From NCBI GenBank assembly GCA_976551045.1, contig CDPCPM010000233.1, forward strand, positions 3,410,001 through 3,474,000: a DNA stretch of 64,000 bases, in the 5' to 3' direction. A program made the position numbers and the translations under genes. The DNA comes from Glaucostegus cemiculus (taxonomy: Eukaryota). Shown here piece after piece: positions 12,110 through 24,250 of the stretch. Every line of letters begins with the position of its first letter. Position 1 is the stretch's first letter. The notes under the pieces are model-generated. The model was not told the DNA's origin. It was given only the letters and a program-made list of their open reading frames with translations, and ran no database searches.

Positions 12110-12901
12110 CAGAATCAGAATCAATTTATTGTCACTTTCACGTATACATGAAGGCGAGATATCGTTTCTCCACAGGCCAATGTGCAAAAGACATTAAAGA
12201 CAATAAAGGACAACGGGACAAAAACATTAAAACATAAACAGCCCCCAGCCTCACCCCGCACCGACGACCACCTCCAACCCCCGCAGTCCTACAACCTCAG
12301 GGCCCACAGTCCATTAACAACCTCCGGCCCGCAGTCCGACAGTCCGACCACCTCCAACTCCTGCACCTCCGGCCCCGCAGTCCGACCACCTCCGGCCCCG
12401 CAGTCCGACCACCTCCGGCCCCTTCGCCCCGGCCTCACAGTCCGACCACCTCCGGCCCTGCAGTCCGACCACCTCCAGCTCCTTCGCCTCCGGCTCTGCA
12501 GGCCGACGACCTCCGGCCCCGCAGGCCGACGACATCTGGCTCCTTCGCCTCCGGCTCCGCAGTCCGACGACCTCCAGCCCCGAATTCCGGCTTCGCAGTC
12601 CGACGACCTCCAGCCCCGCAGGCCGACCACCTCCGGCCCAGGCAGCCCCCTCACCGCCCGCATCCCGACGCCACCACGAGGCTCCAGGGCCTTTGACACG
12701 CTGTCGCCTCTGATGAGTTCCGATGAGCCGTCAGTACAGACAACGACTCCATAAAACGATCACCAAGCACACAAACATCAGGAACAAAGAACACACCAAA
12801 AAAAAAAGCACAAAAAAACACTAAAAGACTAACAAAAAAACACAAGCACTACAGACCTGGGAGAGGCCGCTGCAACTGCGTGCGCCGCTATCTAAAAAAA
12901 A
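12110..12901 (-). mobile_element. Non-autonomous Rex1-related element with internal GC-rich minisatellite and 7-bp target-site duplication
   Basis: On the minus strand it starts agatagcggcgcacgc and ends tgacaataaattgattctgattctg, like the Rex1 tail at 48119-48144. agaacct occurs at 12103-12109 and 12902-12908. Confidence 0.75.
12255..12640. repeat. GC-rich minisatellite, 23-nt unit ccgaccacctccggccccgcagt with ~36-nt variants
   Basis: More than ten directly visible units. Confidence 0.95.
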
Positions 12902-12934
12902 AGAACCTTTCCATTTCATAAATTACATTAACCT

Positions 12935-13398
12935 TGAAGTCCTCTCAACCTCACTACCTCTTTACCTCTGTCTTTACCTCTCATTGTCTTGGTGAAGCAG
13001 CCAGCATAATCAAAGACCCCACCCACCCGGGACATTCTCTCTTCTCTCCTCTTCCATCGGGTAGAAGATACAGGTGCCTGAGGTCACGCATCACCAGACT
13101 TAAAGACAGCTTCTTCCCCACTGTGATAAGACTATTGAATGCTTCCGTTATACAATGAGATGGACTATGACCTCACATTCTACCTTGTGTGACCTTGCAC
13201 CTTTTTGCACTGCACTTTCTCTGTAGCTGTGACACTTTACTCTGTACTGTTACTGTTTTTACTGTACTATTTCAATGCACTTTGTACTAACTCAATGTAA
13301 CTGCACTGTGTAATGAATTGACCTGTACGATCGGTTTGTAAGACAAGCTTTTCACTGTACCTCGTTACAAGTGACAATAATAAACCAATACCAATACA
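12935..13398 (+). mobile_element. Rex1/Babar LINE 3' fragment
   Basis: ORF 12934-13158 reads IIKDPTHPGHSLFSPLPSGRRYR...RLKDSFFP; tail gtgacaataataaaccaataccaatac. Confidence 0.92.
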
Positions 13399-13411
13399 CT
13401 GGGGGATGGGC

Positions 13412-13880
13412 AGAGGAGATTCACCAGGGTGTTGCCTGGATGAGAGGAGTTTAGTCCAGGGGAGATACTGGATAGGCAGGGCTTCTTTTCCTCAGAGTGA
13501 AGGAGGCTGAGGGGTGACCTGATAGAAGTATATAAAATGATGAGAGGGATAGACAGGGTGGACAGTTAAAATCTTCTTACCCACAGTGGAATTTCAAAGT
13601 TTAGAGGGCATAGGCTTAAGAAGGAGCTTTAACTAAAATCAGAGGGGTGTTTTTACGCAGAGAGTGATTGATCTCCGGAATGTGCTGCCAGAGGAGGTGG
13701 TGGAATCAGATACAATTACTTATTTAAGAGGCACTGAGAGAGAGAGTTAACTAGGCAAGGGATGAAAGGGTACGGTGCTAATGCAGGTGAATGGGATTAG
13801 TGTAGATGGGCAAATAGGTCAGCATGGATGTGATGGGCTGCAGGGTCCATTTCTTCGCTGGACAGTCCTATGGCTCTCTG
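13412..13880 (+). mobile_element. CR1 3' fragment
   Basis: aggagattcaccagggtgttgcctgga (RRFTRxLPG) and aggctgaggggtgacctgatagaagtatataaaat (RLRGDLIEVYK), followed by the tail. Confidence 0.9.
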
Positions 13881-14134
13881 GTTCTGCTGCAGCTCAGCAA
13901 GCAAAAGAAAGAAATGTTTATAATGTAGCTTTCCATGACCTGCTGTTCCTGGCAACTCAGCTGGGTGGCATCTGTCAGCTGGTAGAACAAACTTAGTTAA
14001 GACAGCAATTGAATTCAATCCATTGACTGGGGTGGGGCATTGCATGAGTTAGTGATTAGGGAGGTTTGATGTGGTGTGAAGGGAAAAAGAAAGCAAGAGC
14101 ATGCATTTTTAGGTTCAATGTAAATAGTGTGATA

Positions 14135-14420
14135 CAACAGGTAGTACGGGTGCCCTACAGCTCCAGTGATCCGTGTTTAATCCTGATCTCTGACTTTCTG
14201 TCCCTGAGTGTTTCAGTTTCTTCCCACAGCCCAAGTAGGTGATGATGTGTTGATTGGCTGCTGTAAGTTGCCCTTGGTATTGGTGGGCACCAGGAGAATC
14301 AGGGTGGAGTTGATGGGCATGTGAGAGAATGGATTGAAAACAAGAGGGGGAATGGGATTGCTCTGAGCTGGCATTGACTGAATGGGCTGAATATCCTTCC
14401 ACATTGTAAGGAAATGTGAG
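14135..14420 (+). mobile_element. V-type tRNA SINE with CR1-type tail
   Basis: Shares core and tail (gggattgctctgagctggcattgactgaatgggctgaa) with 3398-3760. Confidence 0.7.
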
Positions 14421-15769
14421 ACAGGAAGACAAAGACCAACATAAACAGGGTTCAGATTTATTTCCACCTGTTTTAGCCCACTGCTCACTGTGGGACCATT
14501 CCCAACGAGTGGATTTTCAGCCTCCTAAAGGTTGAACTCCTGGTCTGAGTTTAATTATTCATCCTTAGTTGTCGGGACATGGGGGAAAACTGTCACTCTG
14601 CTTCCTAAACTGCAAATGATCTCTGCTGTAAATAACATTGCACCATTGGCTCTGAAACCAAACCTCAATTTAATATTTTACTTCTTACCTGGGAAAGGCA
14701 AGGCAAAACAATGGAAGCTTGGAACAGACACATTTGCACAGTGATGGAATTATTTAGGAGACAACCAGGCACATTCGAAGTTAATTTTGCTCGAACAGTT
14801 GTTTGTTGTCCCAGGTATGGGACCTGTGCTGGCACAGAGACCGACACAATCAGGCACAGGACAAATATGTAATCTAAAAATGACATAGTTTTGGCCATAA
14901 GTGAGTGATGTGCTGGAACATATTCTGCTAGTTCTTCACCTTTTACAATCATCTGCCTACCTGTTTGCCAGAACACATTTGCTTTCACAATAATGCACCC
15001 CCCCCTTCAAGCCCCCCAACCCGCTTGAGGGACAGGCTCAATGAACTGACTGACTGACTTCCCAGTAACACAAGGATGTTGACAAACCACTTCAGATCCT
15101 TGGACAGGTCTGTTCCAACACTATTTACAAAATGTAATGTGTATAGTTATCTTTGGTGTATATGGTAACATTTTGGGAGAAATAAGAAAATCGAAGCAGA
15201 CTATCCTGGATTGCAAGTGTAAAAAGGACATTGCCTCAAGAGGGTAGGGTGATCAAAGTTCAGTGGGCATGAATTCCTTCAACTCTCCCCCCATCTCCAC
15301 CCACCTTCCTTTAAGGTCACAACCTGAAAAACAATTGACCGTGGCTCTCTTTAGAGACAGTTTCAATACAAAGAATGTTTCGTGTCAGTTGTAAACTTTG
15401 AGTGCAAATAAATAAGTTGACTGATAAGTTAACCATACTGGCCCATTTTAACAAATTGCTACAGAATTGCAACCAATGTATCATGGCAATGCTAAATTTA
15501 CTTCTGAAATTTACAGGAAGAAACATTAATCAATTTTAGAATATTAGAAATCTGGGTTAAATTAATTAAACTTCTGCAATAATTATAGTTTTGGCAAACA
15601 TAAATTACAACTTAACTTCTTCTATCATAATCTCCTACTTGGCAGCAACAATACCTAATAAACAAGTTTGTCATGGAACACATGAGATGATTGTGATGGT
15701 TCCAACCTTTCAGCCAGAAGAGGAGGAGGAAGAGAGGAAACAGGTGTTAAATTTTGTCAGTTTGTTTAC

Positions 15770-16050
15770 ATGCCTAACACCAGTCCCCTGAAATGGACGC
15801 TCTTAGCTCTGTTATGGCATGAGATGGACAAAGGAAATGATTCTCAAAATGCAACATTCCCCCCAACTCGTGAGAATCCCTGGCCATTGGTCACTCAAAA
15901 TGGAGAAGGAGCACTTGGGGATGGCATTCAAACGGTGTCCATTCACTGGGAGGACACAGGAGCCACTGGAAAAAACAGAAGGAGTGCAGCACAGACCCTA
16001 CCTGTGGCAGAGGCTATGGGTCCCATGCTGAGCTTGTCAACCAGTCATCA
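15770..16050 (+). mobile_element. RTE-clade LINE 3' remnant
   Basis: aaatgcaacattccccc...gaatccctggcc...cactcaaaatggagaaggagca is similar to 20450-20520 and 11205-11240. Confidence 0.65.
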
Positions 16051-16427
16051 CCCCCCTCCCCCCAAGGATTACCTAAGGAGTAGCTGGTTTGTAGAATACA
16101 ATGTTTTAGCAAACATATCTGTGAAAACTTTGATTAGAATTCAGTAGGTAAGTAAGCTTAAATGCAATATTTTAAATAGTTACTATTTGGTCTGTTGCTT
16201 AGATTGAAATTAGTCCTTTAGATAGAAAGAAAACTAAATTATTTCCAAAAGAATAGTCTGCCTTATGCCATTTTAGTATCTGTAGACATTTGCGGTCACC
16301 GATGTGGAAATTTAAGAAGTATAACCCAGACAGCACCTTGTTCATTTTGTATGGTTCATTGACAGTTGATGGATCCATAACAAGTCAAGCATGAGTCTTT
16401 GATTTAACAGACCTGAAATATTTTCTT

Positions 16428-16602
16428 AGCAACAAACAACTTGCTGAAGGAACTCAGCGGATTGAGCAGCATCAATGGGAGGACTAATGCAAGGTTTTGA
16501 CCCAAAATGTCGACAATTCCTTTCCTCCTACTGATGCTGCTCGAGTTTTTCCATCAAATTGCTTGTTGCTCCGGATTCAAACATCTGCAGTCTCTTGTGT
16601 GT
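16428..16602 (+). mobile_element. Penelope pLTR-derived palindromic mini-element
   Basis: gcaacaaacaacttgctgaaggaactc...gcagcatca is inverted against tgatgctgctcgagtttttccatcaaattgcttgttgc. Confidence 0.75.
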
Positions 16603-16815
16603 CCTGAAATGTTTCCATCCTCCTTCACCTGTAATCTCTGTCATCAAAGTCATGACTATACTGGAACTTTGATGGTTTGAGTTCAGAAAATTCTACAATG
16701 CAGAAAGAGGGCATTTAGAGTCCTGTACCGACCATGGTCTTTGAAGGATCTATTCACTAACCCACTTCTAGTTATCTGGTACAATCCAAGGGTTTCTCTG
16801 TGACATCAGTCATGA

Positions 16816-17106
16816 TAAGATTTCTTTATTAGTCAGATGTACATCAAAACACACAGTGAAGTGCATCCTTTGTGTAGAGTGTTCTGGGGGCAGCCCGCAA
16901 GTGTCACCACATTTCCAGCACCAACATAGCATGCCCACAACCTCCTAACCCGTACATCTTTGGAATGTGGGAGGAAACTGGAGCACCCAGAAGAAATCCA
17001 CACAGACATAGGGAGAACGTACAAACTCCTTACAAACAGGGGCCGGAATTGAACCCAGGTCACTGGCACTGTAATAGCGTTATGCTAACCGCTACACTAC
17101 CATACC
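16816..17106 (-). mobile_element. V-type tRNA SINE with Rex1-type tail
   Basis: A box tagtgtagcgg, B box ggttcaattcc, V core, tail cacttcactgtgtgttttgatgtacatctgactaataaag. Possible TSD agtcatga at 16808 and 17114. Confidence 0.92.
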
Positions 17107-17489
17107 TGTCTTGAGTCATGAGTCAATTGACAAGTTTTGACTTTTGGAAATGGATCTTTTTTCCTAAATCCACACCACCAGCAACAAAATAATGTGTTTC
17201 AAATGTGGATCAAATGCTACAATTTGTTTACAACATTGTTGCTTAAGAGTTATTAGATTATGTTGATTTCCAGTTATCTATTGAAGCCAATGCATTACTG
17301 TCACTTTTCTCAAGGAGTATTTTCTCCTCTTTTCTAACTTCCCAACTTTCTCCTCAAGGCATTTGTTGGTATGAAGTTGAAGTGGGAGGGGGTGGAGAGG
17401 GTAGGTGGAATATCATTTCAGTGAGGGACGTGGGATAGCAATGATTGAACTGCCTGACAACCTGGTCCATATGGCGGTTTTGCTGTTCA

Positions 17490-17644
17490 GCAGACACTTT
17501 CTTTGATTGTGCATATGGAGGAATTTAAGATAGAGGGATATGTGGGAGGAAGGGGTTAGATAGTCTTGGGTGTGGTTTGTAAGGTGGCACAACATGGTGG
17601 GCTGAAGGGCCTGTATTGTGCTGTATTGTTCTATGGTTCTATGG
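17490..17644 (+). mobile_element. CR1 3' terminal fragment
   Basis: Near-identical to 3848-3981. Confidence 0.85.
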
Positions 17645-17819
17645 TGCATTGTGATGGCACATTGAGCAATTAATCTTTTATACAGTCAGCCATAAGGATT
17701 TCTTTGTTCTCAAATTCTGGTCATCATCCAGTGAGGTATTGGACGTAAATCTAGGAACAAGATGTTACTGTATGTACTTACTCACAGATGACTGACAGAG
17801 CCATTGAAGCTAATTAAAA

Positions 17820-17945
17820 GCAACAAAAACTGCAGTCACTGGAAATCTGAAGTAAAACCAGAAAATACCGGAAACACTCAGCAGGTCAGGCAGCATCTGT
17901 TGAAAGAGAAACAGTTAGTATTTCATGTTGAAGACCTTTAGCCAG
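17820..17945 (-). mobile_element. Penelope pLTR fragment
   Basis: gaaacactcagcaggtcaggcagcatctg motif; related pieces at ~21870-21985, 22775-22870, 26685-26790, 27540-27760, 42145-42240, 46285-46385 and 58310-58430. Confidence 0.75.
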
Positions 17946-19679
17946 TATGCAGTGGGAGGAGAAAGATCATTTACGCCTCAGGATGCCATTGATGCCTTTG
18001 GAGGTTGCAGGATGATGGCCAACAGTCTTCTGCATGTGGCTGAAAGGGATCAGCCAATCATGGGTGCCTGGATGTCATCAGTAGGATAAGAGATAACAAA
18101 AATTGCCAAGGACCTTGGTCCCTATGCTCAGCAATCTCATTTTTATTGTGTTTGGGGGTCAATGCCTGGAATTTAAAGAAAACATTCTCACTTTGTCTGT
18201 GTTCCAGGTCTTTTCCTTGCCTGGACAATTACCCTCCTACCTCAGATGGGTCACAATTCTGTCCTTTTGCACTCAAATGGAATACACATAGGTAAACTGA
18301 TATATGGACTCTTTGTGCTATGGAAGTAGGAACTTCCCCCAGAGAAGAATCTTGTAAATGTCATGTCCAACTTTCCTTTGTCACCCCTAATCTTTCTTGT
18401 TCCAATTTTCATCCACCTGGACTCCCTTCTTCCACATTAGGTAAAGGTTGAGTTTATTCAATAAACTCAAAGGACACTAGTGCTTGAGTTTCAAACAAAA
18501 AGCAAATATTACAACACTATTCACACCTATTTAACTACATTGTGATATAATTACCTAAAAAGTCTTCAGTCTTTGGTGGTCATCATCGTTCTGGAACCTG
18601 CACATTGCATCTGACCATAGGTTTTCCGTGGTGTGCCAGAACATATCTGCAGATTCAGCAATACTTTGCTGCACTTGATGTACATTTCTCTGACCGTAAC
18701 AGTCAGCAGCATTTATATGGATAGAGTTATCATTAATATTTCATCGCCATCTTAAAGTCACAGCATTTTTGACCATTACTGCTGGTAGCATTGTTGCTTA
18801 TAAAGTTCACTATTGTACAACCCCTCACTGTAGCTTCTACATTGAAAATTTACACAGGAGACATTATTCTGTCCTGCAATCCTCACTTTACCTTAGATGA
18901 TGAGCCTCCATGCCCTTCCATTTGTATTTCAATGCTCTCAACTGGTTTTCATGTGAGCAGGGTCTCCATTACATTGAGAGCAGATTTTTGCTCCAAACTC
19001 ACTTGAGTGACAGACTTATCACTGGTGTGGCTACTGGCCTTTGCTACTGCATTATATAGTTTTGACACTGATTTTATCCAAAAGCCAAAGTTCCTCAGTG
19101 CTTTTGGAAGTCATTTCCATCCATGGGCAATCTTGTATGCCTGCTGAAATTTTAAATCTTGATGTATTTATTAATTAAGATTGAATTTTCCCCTTAAACC
19201 ATGCATGAACTTGTCCTGTGATTCATGATGCAGGAAGGCTCCAAGATTACAATGCCAAGATAGATTCTTCAACGGAACACATGATCACTAATGACCTCGC
19301 ACAACCTTCGGTTTGACATTCTGAATTTATAGCCTTATATATGATCTCCAAAGGTGTTGGTTTAATGTGAACCATCACCTCTTCATATGAAATATCTTTA
19401 GTCTTCCTTGCCGCTTGTCAAAGTGGTAGACATAGCTAGGCCTCTCTCTGCTAGTCAGGTCCCCTTCTTATGCTCTCTAATGTTTTAATTTTAAGCAAGC
19501 ACACTTTTGTCCTTAACTTCAACAGTATTGTTTACCCTGAAGAAGATTTTCATGTGTTGTACATAAGAACCGAAAGGCTCACTTGCTTAGTCAAGATTCT
19601 TGTATAGCAGGATCGGGTCTGAGCTGCCATCATGCACTTATCTTGCTTTAAGAGTTACAGGGTTTACACTGGAATAATC

Positions 19680-20745
19680 AGCTCCGAAAACCTTCCTGCG
19701 GAGGGGAGCTAATCTTCAGAACGAATGGGGAGATGTTCAACACACAGCACTGCACTCCAGAACCAAGATTACCCAAACCCTGGTAGACGAGCTGCAGTAT
19801 GCAGGGGTGGTTTGGGTCTGCATAATCTCAGAGACCGAGCTCTAAGACGTTGTCAACACTTTTCACTGAAACATGTGAGAGGTCAAGCCTTGCATCCGCC
19901 ATCTGTGAAAGTCCTCTACTAAACTCTTCCCTCAGTAGCACAGTGCTCTCTGACAATAAAGGTGATTGGAAAGTGTGGACTATTTTCCATGTATCTAGAG
20001 CTACCTCTCAATGAAGGTAGATATTAAAGATGAAATTCAGTACCATCCTCAATGTTGCAGTGCAACTTGTGGTCCATTGAGGAAAAAGGGATGTGTAGGT
20101 GAAGACCTCAGACCTGACACAAAACTCATGGTCAAATAAGCATCAATGATTCCCTGTCCTATGTGCTTCTGAGACCTGGACAAGCAACAGCGGGTATCTC
20201 AATGCACCGGGAAAATGCCATTAACACTGTCTCCACTAAATCCTCCAAATTCACTGTAAGGACACAAAAAACAATGTCAGTCGTGAAGCCCTGGTTACAC
20301 TGAGACAACTACACTGAGCAGGCTGCAATATTCACATGTTAGACACTAGGCGTCCAAAAAAAGCACTCTGTTCTAAGGTCTGACATTGGAAGATGTTACT
20401 AGTCAGACAGAGGAAAGATTCAGGGATGGACTCAAAGCTTCCTTGAAGAAATGCAACATTCCCACTAATTCCTGGGAATCTCTGGTCTATGACCACTCAA
20501 AACAGAATGAGCATTCGAGGTGTTAATGAGAACTTTGAGGCTATGCATCAGGAGCACAAAGGAGTCCGAAGTAAGGCAGAGGAGTGGACCACCTCGCAAC
20601 TACCCATCCTCCTGGCTGGTTGACCAGCTCCTGCTCCATCTGTGGAAGAGTCCGCTGTTCCCACATTGGCCTTCCTTTCCAGCTCAAAGCCCACAAAGCT
20701 GTAGTGGAAATAAATAATCTTCAATCTAAAGGCATCGCCTAAGCA
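19680..20745 (+). mobile_element. RTE-clade (BovB-like) LINE, decayed RT and 3' end
   Basis: Manual translation gives ELIFRTNGEMFN...HSRTKITQTLVDELQYA (~19710-19803), LCASETWT (~20160) and LKASLKKCNIP..SWESL (~20430-20485). Confidence 0.8.
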
Positions 20746-21688
20746 GACACAAGTCTTAATCTTATGTGTACTTGAGTCTGAACTTGAGTTCTTTTTCTTC
20801 AAGTTGACACACTGAAGTTACCGTGATTACCTTTTCCAGACGCACCCTGTCTGAGTGCAGAGGAATATGCGGGAAACACAAACCCTGAAAGGTATGTACG
20901 TTTCATTTGACTTTCTTCTCAGAGCTATTCAAGTCCATCACTGGATGTTGTATTTCAATACTTAATGTTTCAGACAAATGGAACAGTTGCATGTCAGGAC
21001 ATATAAGAACTTATCAACTTAAATAACGAAGGACTTGGGGTTTTCAAAACTGCATGTCCAAACAAGACATGGACCAAATGTGCAGATCAGTTTAAATCAA
21101 ACTATAGTTTAGCAGGGAGTCAATATAATGTGAAAACTAGTTCACTGTTCCATTCTAATGTTTCATCCAATGAGTAAGTTGATAGTACTTTATTTTAGGG
21201 TGTGGAAAAACACATTCTGGCTCAAGGGCTTTTCAGTTATTTTTTAACATTGGGTTTGATAAAGATGTGGAACTGAACCTACACAATAACACTTTACTGG
21301 GAAGTTGATTTGATGAGAACATTTGAAATACCACTCCCAGATCAGATTTCCATTGATTTGGAGCTCATCTACAACAAACACAGGAGCAGACCCCAGTAAT
21401 CTGATCATTTGCCAAATACTACATTGTTTACCATTTCATATATTTCTGCCAAATGGCGCGTATGTTTATAAGGGCCGAGGTAATAAAATCAAAAGATTAG
21501 GAAGATAATAACTGAAAGTATCAGTTGGTTGGAATTTTAAAATGAACAATTTGGCTGCTGAATTATCTTCACTGTTTGAAAATATTGGCTGGAAATTCAC
21601 AAATTAACATATGCTATAATGTTGGTGTTACACCCAATGAAGAAACCACATTTAAATTGAATAACATCTGGCACCAATTGAAGAACTC

Positions 21689-21732
21689 AACACAGGCACC
21701 ATTCACACTTAACACAGGCACCATTCACACTT
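21689..21732. repeat. Perfect 22-bp tandem duplication
   Basis: aacacaggcaccattcacactt x2. Confidence 0.95.
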
Positions 21733-22904
21733 AGGACAGGCAGTCACCTTTATTGGGATAATGGCTCCAAACAGCATAGAATGAATTATAAAAGTGCCAC
21801 TTACAATCATTAGTTACAGTTCACTATATCCTTCTCCTGTGCCAACTGATGTAAAAGGCTTTGAAAAGTGAAAATCCTGCAGACACTGGAAATCCAAAGT
21901 AAAATGTCAGAAATACACAGCAGGTCGGGCATCATCTGTGGAGAGAAAATAGTTAACATCTCAGGATGATGACCTTTCAGATAAAGTTAGTTTCAATCAG
22001 CTGTTCTGATTGAAATGCAATGACTTCAGTGTTGAGGCTCTAAATGTAACTACTAAAAATTAGGTAGTTACAAACAGACTGTGGGCCACACCAAGGTCAC
22101 CTCACAGCTAGTGAGCTCGTTCTCCAGCAGTTAGGAGGGAGCCTTGCCTCCAGAATCCCAGTTTCTGTTTCACCTTGGCTATATGGATGGAGATATTCAT
22201 CATCCTCTGGACCAACAGCAGGCTGAGCAGACCTTGGTGAAAGGGAAGTTTTGACCTTAATGGCTCTGTTGCCTGAGATTGTCACCCTTCTTACGCTTGC
22301 ATCCTTCTCGTGAATATTCCGTCAAAGACATTCTCCCGCCTGTGGACGGTGGATTGTCAGGAGGTCCTCCCTCCTTTAGTTTCAGCAGCCTGCTGCTTTA
22401 CAGGAGGTCCCTTCACACCTGCCTTTGCCACAGGTTTGACACACTCTGCTGTACTATAGCCATCGGGAATCACAATGGCAAGTGGATGATGTTTCCACCT
22501 TTGACTGCCTTAGTCATCCTATGGCCCCTCACCTGTCTATAGAAGGCATTGCTCCATCACATCAAAACTCTTCCTGCACACCCTTGAGGCTGTACCGGAA
22601 CTTCTAGGCACAAGTCCCTGTGTTCTAGTTTCTCCAGTCTGATAGCATCACAGCACAAACCTTGTCAACCCTTATCAGAATCTTGAACGAGCATGCTTAT
22701 TTTCCAAACCTCCAGTGAGCATAAGCCAAACTCATTTTATGACCAAACACTCAGAGCTAGGAATCAATCTAAAAAAAGACATAGAATGCTGGAAACACTC
22801 AGTAGGTCAGGCAGCATCCACGGAAAGAGAAACAGAGTTAATGTTTTGGGTTAATGTCCTTCCATCGATTTGGTGAACCTTCACCTGCCACCTGCCTGGC
22901 ACGG

Positions 22905-24250
22905 AAATTCATGGTGTTGTGGAGGAAGTTTGTTTAAGGCTACAGCATAATATAGAACAGCTGGAGAGTTGGTGGAGCAATGGCAAATGGAATTTAGTCC
23001 TGACAAATGTGAGATAATGCATTTGGGAAGGCAAACCAGGGTAAAACATACACAGAAAATGGTAGGGCCACAGGGAGGTTAGATCAACAGAGGGACTCTG
23101 TGGTACAAATCTACAGATCCCTGAAAGTGGCAGTGTGGGTGGACAAGGTGGTGAAGAAGGTACCTGAAAACCTTGCCTTCAAAGAAATTGCATAGATTAG
23201 CCACAACTAATCCCATTTACTTGCATTGTCCAGAGGCTTCTATGCCTTGGCGGTTCAAGTACTTGTTTCGATGTTTCTGAAGTATCTGCGTCCACCACCT
23301 CTTCAGACAGTGCATTGCAGAGTTCAACTATCCCTTAATGAAAAAAGTTCCTCCTCAGATCCCCCTCTAAACCTCCTACTCTCATGGACATCATGTTACA
23401 ACTTTATAAAGCATTAGTTCAGCCACACCTGGAGTGCTGTGAGTACTTTTGGTCACCACACTATAGGGAGGGTGTGATTTCATTGGAGGGGTCGCAGAAA
23501 TTAACCAAGATGTTGCCCTGGATTGGAGCACTATGATTATAAGGACACACTGGATAGACTGGCTTTGTTTTCCTTGGAGCAGAAGATGCTGAGGGGTAAC
23601 CTGAGCAGGCATGGTAGTGTAGTGGTTAGTGTAACGCTTTACAGTTCCAGAGACCCAGGTTCAATTCCAGCTGTTGTCTGTAAGGAGCCTGTACGTTCTC
23701 CCCATGTCTGTGTGGGTTTCCTTCAGGTGCTCCAGTTTCCTCCCACATTCCAAAGACGTACGGGTAAGGAAGTTGAGGGCATGCTATGTTGGTGCTGGAA
23801 GCATAGCGACACTTACGGGCTGCCTCCAGAACACTCTACACAAAAGATACATTTCACTGTGTGTTTTGATGTACATGTGACTAGTGAAGATATCTTATAT
23901 ACAATTTGAAGGGACTTAGACAGTATAGATTGTAAAAATCTTTTTCCCTCGGTAAGGGTGTCAAAGACAAGAGGGCATAAGCTTAAGAAGTGAGAGTAGG
24001 AGGTTTAGAGGGGGATCTGAGGAGGAACTTTTTTCATTTAAGGGATAGTTGAACTCTGGAATGCACTGTCTGAAGAGGTGGTGGATGCATATACTTAAGA
24101 AACATCTAAACAAGTACTTGAACCGCCAAGGCATAGAAGGCTCTGGACAATGCAAGTAAATGGGATTGGTTGTGGCTAAATCTAATGGGAGGAATGGATA
24201 AGGTGGGCTGAAGGGCCTCTTTCTGTGCTGTTCGTTTCTATGACTGTATG
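22905..24250 (+). mobile_element. CR1 3' portion with internal inverted duplication and nested SINE
   Basis: tggcaaatggaatttagtcctgacaaatgtgag (WQMEFSPDKCE), ccacacctggagtgctgtg (PHLEC), and the CR1 tail at ~24200-24250. Confidence 0.9.
23608..23898 (+). mobile_element. V-type tRNA SINE with Rex1-type tail, nested in CR1
   Basis: ggcatggtagtgtagtggttag...ggttcaattcc...tttcactgtgtgttttgatgtacatgtgact. Confidence 0.92.

Noticed and set aside
12255-12640. CRISPR-like appearance of repeated 23-mers (also 8470-9030)
   Set aside because: Units are tandem with no unique spacers, there are no cas genes, and the context is vertebrate.
12182-12754. 190-aa Pro-rich ORF and its antisense ORFs
   Set aside because: By-product of the GC-rich minisatellite inside a mobile element; no domain or splice context.
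18440-19420. Possible Gypsy/LTR internal remnant on the minus strand
   Set aside because: No convincing integrase, RT or LTR motif could be read.
22097-22330. ~75-codon minus-strand open frame
   Set aside because: No recognisable domain and weak splice signals; length compatible with chance.
23608-23680. Possible tRNA genes at SINE heads
   Set aside because: A/B boxes continue into the SINE core and tail; no complete cloverleaf is evident.
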